Assembly: GCA_046262915.1 (NCBI GenBank)
Contig: JBHELW010000319.1
Coordinates: forward strand, 1-41,932
Direction: 5' to 3'
Source of the DNA: Mycobacteriales bacterium
GTDB taxonomy: Bacteria; Actinomycetota; Actinomycetes; BP-191
DNA: 41,932 nt
Within the stretch, counting starts at the first letter, position 1, and each line of letters begins with the position of its first letter. This document shows positions 34,657 through 41,932 of the stretch, piece by piece. Position numbers and translations under genes: made by a program. Under the pieces are notes generated by a model, which ran no database searches, was not told where the DNA came from, and saw nothing but the letters and a program-made list of their open reading frames with translations.

Positions 34657-34995
34657 CGAGGACTTAGCTCCACTCCCGTTCCCAGCCGGGTCGTCCTGGG
34701 AACGGGATGAAGCTGGGTCGTTTCCAGCGGCGAGCTCGAGCACGCGCTCGAAGGTGGCCGCCACCGCGACGCAGGACCCAACCGGAGTGTCCGGGCACCA
34801 CGTGAGCACCCAGACCTCGCCGGTCGCCCGGATCGCCGCGAGGTCCTCAGGGCGGATCGCCTCATCGCGCGGCTCGCCGCCAGCGTCCGCCGCGAGCAGG
34901 TGGCTCTCGATCCAGGTCTCCAGCGGGAGGTAGTCGCCCCGGTGGGGGTTGTGCTGGAGCGAGAGCTCGATGTGCTTGGGCCACTGGACCGGCAT
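34615..34995 (-). CDS. Hypothetical protein translationally coupled to int; its 3' end runs through the tRNA fragment
   Basis: ATGA overlap with the int stop. The C-terminal ...KGDSNPHGVTH is the antisense reading of the tRNA T arm. Confidence 0.5.
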   Translation of the reverse strand: MPVQWPKHIELSLQHNPHRGDYLPLETWIESHLLAADAGGEPRDEAIRPEDLAAIRATGEVWVLTWCPDTPVGSCVAVAATFERVLELAAGNDPASSRSQDDPAGNGSGAKSSCAKGDSNPHGVTH

Positions 34996-36005
34996 CAGTT
35001 CGCCTCATCGTGTAGCACGCGCTGCATCGCCCGCGTGCGCCCGTCCTGCTCGGCCCCGGGGGCCAGGTAGTGGCGCCGCGTGACCTTGGGCCCGATCTGC
35101 CCCAGCGCCGCCGCGACGTGCTCGACCGACACGGCGCCGGCGGAGATCGTCGCCTGGGTGCCGCGCAGGCCGTGCGGGCAGACCTCGGGCACCTTGGCGA
35201 CCGCGCACAGCCGGCGCACGTGGTACGCGACCCAGTGCCGATCGCGCCCCCCGAACAGCAGCTCGTCGCCGCGGCGCCCGGCGGCGAGCGCGGCGAGCGG
35301 GGCGCGCAGCACCCGGGGCACCTCGAGCGCGCGGTCGCCCGCAGGCGTCTTGGCGCGCTCGATCCAGAGCACCCGGGCTCGGTCGTCCACGTCGCGCACC
35401 GCCCGGCCCGCGATCTCGCCGGCGCGCATCCCCATCAGCAGGGCCATCGCCGCGGCGAGCCCGGCCTCGCTCTTCTCCGCCAGGGCGACGGCCGCGTACC
35501 GGCGCGCCTCGTCGATCCGCAACTTCTTCTTGCCGCGCCGGCGCGGGCCGGTCGGGACCAGGCCCGCGAACGGGTCGCCGCCGGCGAGCCAGCCCTGCCC
35601 CCGGCACCACGCCGCGAACCGCCGCGCGGTGCCGAGCTCGCCGAACTGGGTGTCGGGGCCGACGTCCGCGCAGCGCGCCTTCCACAGCTCGCGGCCGAGC
35701 TCGGGCGTGAGAGCGCTGAGCGGCCGATCGGGGCCGTCGGTCTGCAGCAGCCCCGCGAGGCGGTAGCCGATCGTCACGACCGACCGGAGCCCCCGCGCCC
35801 GGCAGTGCTCGACGTAGGCGTCAACGGTGCTGGCGATCGTGCGGCCCTCGATCTGGGCGCGGGCGATGCCGAGTGCCGTGATCGCCTCGGCCTCTGTCGC
35901 AAAGCTCGGAGAGCTTCGCTCACCGTCTGCTCGATCGATCGTGATCCGCCATCGGTTGCCGTGGGGGTAGGGTCCATTGACTCGCTCCTGTTTCTTCCGT
36001 CGCAC
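34995..36005 (-). CDS. int: Tyrosine integrase
   Basis: HGLRGTQ (HxxR), RRHYL (catalytic Tyr region) and an arm-binding-type N-terminus GNRWRITIDRADGERSS. Confidence 0.85.
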   Translation of the reverse strand: MRRKKQERVNGPYPHGNRWRITIDRADGERSSPSFATEAEAITALGIARAQIEGRTIASTVDAYVEHCRARGLRSVVTIGYRLAGLLQTDGPDRPLSALTPELGRELWKARCADVGPDTQFGELGTARRFAAWCRGQGWLAGGDPFAGLVPTGPRRRGKKKLRIDEARRYAAVALAEKSEAGLAAAMALLMGMRAGEIAGRAVRDVDDRARVLWIERAKTPAGDRALEVPRVLRAPLAALAAGRRGDELLFGGRDRHWVAYHVRRLCAVAKVPEVCPHGLRGTQATISAGAVSVEHVAAALGQIGPKVTRRHYLAPGAEQDGRTRAMQRVLHDEAN

Positions 36006-36124
36006 GTGGGTATCTCCTGACCCAGCGCGCCGATTCCGTTCGGAGACGGTCCTCCGGAGCGGAGAGCGCGTGCAAACTCGGCGGCGAGCGCCCGGATGTC
36101 GTCGGGATGCAGGCGCACGATCAC
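35774..36124 (-). CDS. Small ORF upstream of int (excisionase position); true 3' end uncertain because it overlaps int by 232 nt
   Basis: GTGA-coupled start. The N-terminus IVRLHPDDIRALAAEFARAL is protein-like, but the part overlapping int is not. Confidence 0.25.
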   Translation of the reverse strand: MIVRLHPDDIRALAAEFARALRSGGPSPNGIGALGQEIPTCDGRNRSESMDPTPTATDGGSRSIEQTVSEALRALRQRPRRSRHSASPAPRSRAARSPAPLTPTSSTAGRGGSGRS

Positions 36125-36258
36125 GGGACGCCCTCGCCTGCCTGCCTGGCGCGCTCCTTGCGCAGCTGCGGCGTCATCACCCGGCGCGTCTGCGTCTTCC
36201 GATCGTCAAGGATCGGCGGGATCATCGCGCCGCTGAACAGGATCGGGCGCTCCTTCAC
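36121..36258 (-). CDS. 45-aa protein matching only the N-terminal motif of ASCH-like phage proteins (possible remnant)
   Basis: GTGA overlaps at both ends. ILFSGAMIPPILDDRKTQTRRV. Confidence 0.4.
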   Translation of the reverse strand: MKERPILFSGAMIPPILDDRKTQTRRVMTPQLRKERARQAGEGVP

Positions 36259-36422
36259 CGCGACCTCCGCAGCGGCCAGGGCAGCAGGTCGAGCACCACC
36301 TCGCCGGCGAGCACCGCCACCGTCCACCAGCCGAGCCAGCGGATCAGCGCGGCCAAGATCGCCGCGCCCGCGATCACCGAGACCACGCCGCGCGCGATGG
36401 CCGTGAGCTGGTCGTGGTTCAC
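36255..36422 (-). CDS. Small two-TM membrane protein
   Basis: GTGA overlap. GVVSVIAGAAILAALIRWLGWWTVAVLAGEVVL. Confidence 0.5.
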   Translation of the reverse strand: MNHDQLTAIARGVVSVIAGAAILAALIRWLGWWTVAVLAGEVVLDLLPWPLRRSR

Positions 36423-36673
36423 CACGCGTTGCCCCGGATCGCGCAGCTGTGGCGCTGCATCGAGATCGCGGTGTCGGTATCGACCATGATCCAGCACGGC
36501 TCGGTGGTCGACTCCGTGCGCTTCATTCGGTACTCGCACCGCTTGAGCCACATCCACAGGCAACCCGGCGTGTTGCTGGTGTGCTCCCATCCGTGCGAGC
36601 GCAGGTAGCGATGCTTCGCCTGCTCCAGTTCGTTCTTGGCGTCCTCGATGTCATTGCCAGATCGTTTGCGCAT
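36419..36673 (-). CDS. Hypothetical protein (84 aa), lower GC
   Basis: Strong SD (GGAGGAGG) before ATG 36673. Ordinary globular composition. Confidence 0.65.
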   Translation of the reverse strand: MRKRSGNDIEDAKNELEQAKHRYLRSHGWEHTSNTPGCLWMWLKRCEYRMKRTESTTEPCWIMVDTDTAISMQRHSCAIRGNAW

Positions 36674-36957
36674 CACCGCCTCCTCCCGGGCTCGCGCGGC
36701 GCGGCCGCGAGCGACAGGGCCATGTCCTGCTGCATCAGGTCCTCGAGCGCGGACTCGCAGATCTTGCACCGGGCCAAGTGCTCGCGGAACGCCGCGGCGC
36801 GATCCGGCGCGAGCTCGCCGGACTGGAAGTCGACCAGGTCGCCGCACCGCAACTGCTCGACCAGAGCCTCGAGCTGGAGGATGCGACGGCGGGCCAACGC
36901 CCGACCGAGAGCGCCGGCGGTCGCCGCGGCGACCACGGCGGAGAGGATCGAGATCAT
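36673..36957 (-). CDS. Membrane-anchored zf-HC2 (anti-sigma-factor-type zinc finger) protein
   Basis: N-terminal TM segment ISILSAVVAAATAGAL, then CGDLVDFQSGELAPDRAAAFREHLARCKIC (HxxxCxxC). Confidence 0.55.
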   Translation of the reverse strand: MISILSAVVAAATAGALGRALARRRILQLEALVEQLRCGDLVDFQSGELAPDRAAAFREHLARCKICESALEDLMQQDMALSLAAAPREPGRRR

Positions 36958-37124
36958 CAGCGCACCGCCTGTGCCGCGCGCATCTCGGCGATCCACTCGG
37001 TCGCGCGCTCGTCGGCGTCCCAGCGGTGCAGCCGGGCGGTGCGCACCTTGTCGCGGCCGCCGATGACCAGGCACCGGCCGACCCGCGGGTGGTGGTCGGA
37101 GCCGCACTTGCACGTGCGCGGCAT
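36957..37124 (-). CDS. Hypothetical small Cys protein (55 aa)
   Basis: ATGA overlaps at both ends. MPRTCKCGSDHHPRVGRC. Confidence 0.5.
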   Translation of the reverse strand: MPRTCKCGSDHHPRVGRCLVIGGRDKVRTARLHRWDADERATEWIAEMRAAQAVR

Positions 37125-37375
37125 CAGGCCAGCTCCTCGATCCGCTGGATCACCTTGTCGATCTCGGTACCCTCGGGCAGACCGCACGCCTCGGCGATCC
37201 GCGAGACCGCCAGGAGCAGGCCATCCCGGTCCGCGGTGACCTCGGCGAGCTGGCGGTGGAGTTCGGCGATCGTCGCGGTGTCGTCCGGCGGGATCGACGT
37301 GCCGCTCGGCGGGGTGACGCAGCGCGGGTGGCGATGTTGGGCGAACGGCGCTGGCGCGAGGTAGCTTCGGGTCAT
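37124..37375 (-). CDS. Hypothetical protein (83 aa)
   Basis: ATGA overlaps at both ends. Confidence 0.5.
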   Translation of the reverse strand: MTRSYLAPAPFAQHRHPRCVTPPSGTSIPPDDTATIAELHRQLAEVTADRDGLLLAVSRIAEACGLPEGTEIDKVIQRIEELA

Positions 37376-37587
37376 GGCCGCACATGCTCCAGCCGCTCGC
37401 GCGTGCGCCACGCGAACCCAGGCGGCTCCCTCCACCAGGGGCCCTCGGTGCGCACACCGTCCGGCGCCTCGTGGCGCTCGCAACCCTTGCCCTCGAGCGG
37501 GTCCGCGCCGCCGTTGCAGATCCAGCCCGGGAACGCGGCCGGGCGCATCGGCGCACCGCAGCAGTACGGCGGGTTGTCGCCCTTCAT
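37372..37587 (-). CDS. Hypothetical Cys-containing protein (71 aa)
   Basis: ATGA overlap start at 37587 (track start is 37608). Confidence 0.5.
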   Translation of the reverse strand: MKGDNPPYCCGAPMRPAAFPGWICNGGADPLEGKGCERHEAPDGVRTEGPWWREPPGFAWRTRERLEHVRP

Positions 37588-37987
37588 GACCGCGGCCTCG
37601 CGATCCATGCCTCCACGAGATCCTCGCTGCCCCAGCAGACATCCGGCAGCTGGGTGCGCACGTACGCGACGATCGCGGGCATCGCCAGCAGCGACTCCGG
37701 ATCGGCGCGTTTGAACGCGTCGAACAGGTCGCCGCTCAGCACGGCCTGCAGGAAGCTGCCCGTGCGGATCCCGGCATCGGCGTAGCGGTCGAGCCCGGCA
37801 CGGATCGCCGGCGGGATGCGCTCGGGCGCGTCGATCGCGGGCAGGCGATCGATCTCCTCGATGAAGAGCCTGGCGGCCTGCGCCTGCGTGGCGCAGACAT
37901 GCGCTCCGGCCTCACCGACCTCGGCGCGGACGCGTTCAGCCTCGTCGATAAGCCCCTGCGCGAACGTGCGCAGCCCTCCCGCGTCGG

Positions 37988-37991
<4 letters not shown>
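37584..37991 (-). CDS. Hypothetical protein (135 aa)
   Basis: Clean ORF with ATGA overlaps at both ends. Confidence 0.6.
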
Positions 37992-38847
<856 letters not shown>

Positions 38848-38851
<4 letters not shown>

Positions 38852-39036
38852 CGGTGCGCCTCCTTGTAGAACAGCGTGATCGTCAGGCAGTGGAACTCGC
38901 TGTCGCTGGACTGCGTGACCACCTTGTCGACGACCTCGACGGGGTTCGCGCGCAGCCAGGCGGTGATCTGGTCGCCCATCTGACGACGGTCCAAATGCTT
39001 CGTCTCCGAGAACACCTTGACTCCAGTGAATTGCAT
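38848..39036 (-). CDS. Small conserved-looking protein (62 aa)
   Basis: ATG 39036 preceded by AAGGGTGGA. MQFTGVKVFSETKHLDRRQMGDQITAWL...SSDSEFHCLTITLFY. ATGA overlap with the next gene. Confidence 0.6.
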
Positions 39037-39060
39037 GTTGTCCACCCTTGTTGTTGTCCC

Positions 39061-39162
39061 TGGTCCCTCGGGCCGGACTCGAACCGGCGTTTCCGTACTA
39101 TGAATTGCGACCACATTCCTGGAGGGGCCGCACGGTGTGTCTGCCATCCACACTGCCGAGGG
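39061..39162 (-). ncRNA. tRNA-shaped gene (102 nt) with an expanded anticodon region and encoded CCA
   Basis: CCCTCGG/CCGAGGG acceptor (7 bp). D arm GTGT-GGATGGCAG-ACAC. CCGTG...TACGG closes 33 nt. T arm GCCGG-TTCGAGT-CCGGC. Discriminator A, then CCA. Confidence 0.6.
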
Positions 39163-39270
39163 AGACACCGACGCTGATTCGTCGGTGCTGGCGTCGACGG
39201 GTCTCCCCGTCCCGGAGCCGCCCGGTTGCCGCGCGTTGAGCGTTGGAGACATCCTCCGCGCGGCAAAGCG

Positions 39271-40164
39271 TCAGTCGCGACTGCCCTCCTTCCCGGCATC
39301 CTCGACCCATTCCGGATCCGCGATCGCCGGCCCGAGGTCGTGCAGGATCTCGAGCGGCTCGATGCCGGTCGAGTACCCGCCCCACAGGTTCGTGGCCTCG
39401 TAGATCTGCAGCCGCTCCAGCCATGCGAGCCGCAGCTTGTCGCCCTGCTCCAGCGTCGTCGGCGTGAGCTCGTAGACCTGGACCACGTACGGCGGCACGT
39501 TCTCGACCGCCACGATGTACACCTCGCGCGGCGCCCGGCCGCCGTTCTCGTGCTTGATCGCCGCGCGCTGGTCGGCGAGCTGCGCGTGGTAGCCCATGTT
39601 CGCGGCGTCGCGCACGAACCGCCACGGCGCGGCACACCTGGTGGTCTTGAGCTCGACTAGGTGGTCGGCGCGGCGCGCGTCGGGCGTCGACTGCCGGGCC
39701 CGGCCGAGCTCGGACCAGACGATGGAGCGCTCGTACACCATGCCGGGCCCGAACAGCAGGCGTGCGGCGACCGGATGGCCGTGTAGCGCGTCGCGGATCC
39801 GCTGCGCGTGGTCGTGCTCGGCGATGGTCAGCATCGCCTTGCCGGCGTGCTTGACCTGGAACTCCTTCCACACGTCGCCCGAGCGCGGGGCGATCTTCTT
39901 CGGGTTCTTCTTCGCCGGCTGGTTCCAGACAGCGATCGGCTTGTCGAAGGTGACCGCGTGCGCGCCCGTGCCGAGCCGGCGCGCCAGCGTGTCGGCGCCG
40001 TCGCCCTGGAACGCGTGGAGGCAGAGCGCGCCGCACGCGCCGGCCGCCTTCAGGTGGTGAAAGCGCGCCGGCAGCGTGCGCGGGTCGACCACCTTGCGGC
40101 GCGGGGCGTCGAGGTCGGGCTCCTCGTCATCGAAGGGCGAGGTGTCGTCGGCGTCCAGCATCAT
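39271..40164 (-). CDS. PD-(D/E)xK exonuclease (RecE/exonuclease VIII-like)
   Basis: STPDARRADHLVELKTTR (D...ELK) and GYHAQLADQ. ATGA-coupled start at 40164. Confidence 0.6.
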   Translation of the reverse strand: MMLDADDTSPFDDEEPDLDAPRRKVVDPRTLPARFHHLKAAGACGALCLHAFQGDGADTLARRLGTGAHAVTFDKPIAVWNQPAKKNPKKIAPRSGDVWKEFQVKHAGKAMLTIAEHDHAQRIRDALHGHPVAARLLFGPGMVYERSIVWSELGRARQSTPDARRADHLVELKTTRCAAPWRFVRDAANMGYHAQLADQRAAIKHENGGRAPREVYIVAVENVPPYVVQVYELTPTTLEQGDKLRLAWLERLQIYEATNLWGGYSTGIEPLEILHDLGPAIADPEWVEDAGKEGSRD

Positions 40165-40640
40165 CGGGTTCCTTCCTGCGCCTCGCGGCGCGCGATCTCG
40201 GCCAGCTCCTCGGCGTCGGGCCCGCCGCCGGTCTCGGTCGGGCGCGATCCGTTCGTGGCCCTGCGCGGGCGCTCGGGGGCGATCCGAATGACGTCCATGT
40301 CCTCGAGCTTCTCCGTCGTCGGGTCGCGCATTCGCCCGTGGACCACCACGAGCGTGATCCAGCCGCGCCAGTCGCCCCAGTGATCGGAGCCGCAGATCTT
40401 GGTGAGCTCCTTGGCCATCGTGGCATTGAGGCCGAGCTTCTTGCTCTTGCCGCGGAACGCGATATAGAGCGTATCCTTGGCGCCGCCGGGGTTCTTGATG
40501 CGGCACTTCCCGCTGTCGACGATCTCGACATCGAGGGTGGTGCCCGGTCCGCCGAGGTCCTCGGCATAGAGGTACTCGGGGTCCATCCGCTTGATCACGG
40601 TCCTCCAGTGGGGTTTGCGGTCGGGCTTGCGGTCAGCCAT
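40161..40640 (-). CDS. Hypothetical protein coupled to the exonuclease (159 aa)
   Basis: ATG 40640 with GAGGAG RBS. DLGGPGTTLDVEIVD...LGLNATMAKELTKICGSDHWGDWRGWITLVV. Confidence 0.55.
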   Translation of the reverse strand: MADRKPDRKPHWRTVIKRMDPEYLYAEDLGGPGTTLDVEIVDSGKCRIKNPGGAKDTLYIAFRGKSKKLGLNATMAKELTKICGSDHWGDWRGWITLVVVHGRMRDPTTEKLEDMDVIRIAPERPRRATNGSRPTETGGGPDAEELAEIARREAQEGTR

Positions 40641-40923
40641 GGGTGTGCTCCTCGTCGAAGGCGCTAACGTCGACCAGCTCGACATCGGGCGCCGCGACGA
40701 CCGGCAGCTGCGCCCGCCGGTGCTCGTCCATCCGCAGCACGACGCCCGCGCGCATCGGCTGCATGACCGAACGCAGGTCGGCACGGTTGCGGCGCGCCGC
40801 GCGCGCGAGCTGTCCGGTGGTGGCCGGCGGCAGCGCGCGGGCCCGGCGCAACTTGGTGACAGCGATCGCCACGACGACGACCGCGCCGCCGAACAGCGCC
40901 CCGGCGAGGAAGATGATGATCAT
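40633..40923 (-). CDS. Small membrane-anchored protein
   Basis: ATGA overlap. MIIIFLAGALFGGAVVVVAIAV. Confidence 0.5.
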   Translation of the reverse strand: MIIIFLAGALFGGAVVVVAIAVTKLRRARALPPATTGQLARAARRNRADLRSVMQPMRAGVVLRMDEHRRAQLPVVAAPDVELVDVSAFDEEHTHG

Positions 40924-41228
40924 GATGCGAGTCCTTGCGCGGGCCGGCCCGCCGCGATCTGCGCCACGGCGCGCGCGACGTCGCTGTCCCGGTTGGCGCG
41001 GTGGGTGCCGGGCGACCAGCTGATCGCGAGGACCTCGCGCAGGTTGTGCACGGCCCACCACCAGCCGCGGACCGACCGGCCATCTCGCTCGATCGATCCG
41101 GTCCAGCCCGTGACGTGGTGGCGGCCGCCGAGGATCGTGTAGAACTTCGCGCCGCCGTCCCACGTGCTGGCGACGGCGGCGTGGAGCTCATCGAGCGACG
41201 GGCGCGGGGTGTTGCTGGTGGTGGACAT
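40920..41228 (-). CDS. Hypothetical protein (102 aa)
   Basis: Clean ORF. Trp-rich segment RGWWWAVHNL. Confidence 0.55.
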   Translation of the reverse strand: MSTTSNTPRPSLDELHAAVASTWDGGAKFYTILGGRHHVTGWTGSIERDGRSVRGWWWAVHNLREVLAISWSPGTHRANRDSDVARAVAQIAAGRPAQGLAS

Positions 41229-41243
41229 GGGGGCTCCGGCGGA

Positions 41244-41588
41244 CTACGGGCGTTGTCCTTTGATGCACTTCTTCCTGAAGCACGGCACTGATGCGCCGCT
41301 GTCGTCCTCGCAGCATCCCGATGCGAAGGGATGTTGGATGCACGTCGATATCTCGACGGAGGTGTAACCCGGGCAGTACGCCTGCTCGCCGCAGACGGAC
41401 GTGCAGGCATCGTCAGAAAAGAACGGGTTGAGGGCGTCGCACGTGTAGATCCCGCCACAGAACTGGAAGTCGGGTTGTGGTGCCGGCGGCTTCGACTGCT
41501 CGACAGAGCCGACGCCCCCGGTCGGCGTCGAAAGGTCGACGGCGCATGCGGCCATGAACATCGCGAACATCAAAATCGTTGTCTTCAT
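41244..41588 (-). CDS. Cys-rich secreted lipoprotein (moron)
   Basis: RBS GAAGGAG. MKTTILMFAMFMAAC lipobox. 12 further Cys residues. Locally lower GC. Confidence 0.65.
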   Translation of the reverse strand: MKTTILMFAMFMAACAVDLSTPTGGVGSVEQSKPPAPQPDFQFCGGIYTCDALNPFFSDDACTSVCGEQAYCPGYTSVEISTCIQHPFASGCCEDDSGASVPCFRKKCIKGQRP

Positions 41589-41670
41589 CGCAATCTCCTT
41601 CGGGCTGGGGCATGCCCTCGTCGGCCCCGGCAGTGGCGTGCTCCGACGCGCCACCGCGGAGGCGACGAGA

Positions 41671-41932
41671 TCAGAGCCAGCCGACGACCAGGGCGAGAAC
41701 GGCGAACGCGACGCCCACGGCCATGCCGATCGCGATCGCGCAGAGGTAGGGCCGGTTGCGCGACCACCAGGACCGGCTCTGTTCGCCGGCGGCGATCCGG
41801 CGCGCGACCTCGGCTTCCCAGTGGAGCGGCGGCTCGTAGCGCGGGGCGTTGATCACCAGGAGGCCCGCCACCCAGGCATCGGTGCCGGGACCGGCCTCGA
41901 TCGCCCGGACGAGGGTCTGCCGACGATAAGGG
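41671..41932 (-). CDS. Small protein with C-terminal TM segment; the frame stays open to the window end, so it may be 5'-truncated
   Basis: ORF 41671..41871 (GTG start). The same frame is open and coding-like through 41932. C-terminus is LCAIAIGMAVGVAFAVLALVVGWL. Confidence 0.5.
   Translation of the reverse strand, partial: PYRRQTLVRAIEAGPGTDAWVAGLLVINAPRYEPPLHWEAEVARRIAAGEQSRSWWSRNRPYLCAIAIGMAVGVAFAVLALVVGWL

Noticed and set aside
39061-39162. Interpretation of the tRNA-like element as a tmRNA or two-piece tmRNA.
   Set aside because: A normal D arm is present. Only 33 nt lie between the stems. There is no tag reading frame or pseudoknot-sized body.
39048-39252. ORFs 39048..39239 (+) and the N-terminal extension of 38848..39252 (-) that cross the tRNA-like element.
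   Set aside because: Peptides such as AGLEPA are the usual translation artefacts of tRNA T arms. The real small gene starts at ATG 39036, behind a purine-rich RBS.

Overview
This very GC-rich 41.9-kb window (about 70% GC by eye) reads as an essentially complete temperate tailed-phage genome, or a permuted prophage copy. No recognisable host flank is present. The integrase and an attP-like tRNA fragment sit in the middle of the window with phage genes on both sides.

Module order:
- 1-564, minus strand: end of a leftward early operon, driven by a PL-like promoter with operators.
- 788-1165, minus strand: CI-like HTH repressor.
- 1211-1519, plus strand: divergent Cro-like HTH gene.
- 1606-2451, antisense: two paralogous lipoprotein morons.
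- 2519-34511, plus strand: a 32-kb co-directional array.
  - DNA-modification and replication genes: a DPPY methylase, a compact C5-methylase-like protein, an initiator-like gene with an internal iteron array, a radical SAM enzyme and a phage Dam-type NPPY methylase.
  - Then a resolvase-like nuclease, an RHH protein and an HNH endonuclease.
  - Then a small accessory block that includes a GNAT-like and a YpsA/SLOG-like protein.
  - Then large terminase, portal, scaffold, capsid, glycine-rich and fibre proteins, an S74-chaperone fibre and two large internal-virion-type proteins.
  - Then the holin-like genes and an NlpC/P60 endolysin.
- 34607-34656: the 3' half of a tRNA-Leu(GAG), the likely attP core.
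- 34615-41932, minus strand: tyrosine integrase and a tightly overlapped leftward accessory/early operon.

Features worth a second look:
- A tRNA-shaped gene with about 26 extra nt in its anticodon loop (39061-39162).
- A 10-bp-phased GTSAC iteron array plus (TCCGA)6 inside the initiator gene.
- G9 and C9 tracts that each put the DPPY methylase one nucleotide out of frame.
- A 300-bp GNC triplet repeat encoding an Ala/Asp/Tyr/Val tract.
- A YpsA-like SLOG protein directly in front of the large terminase gene, where a small-terminase gene is usually expected.

All functional calls come from motifs read by eye. No database search was run.
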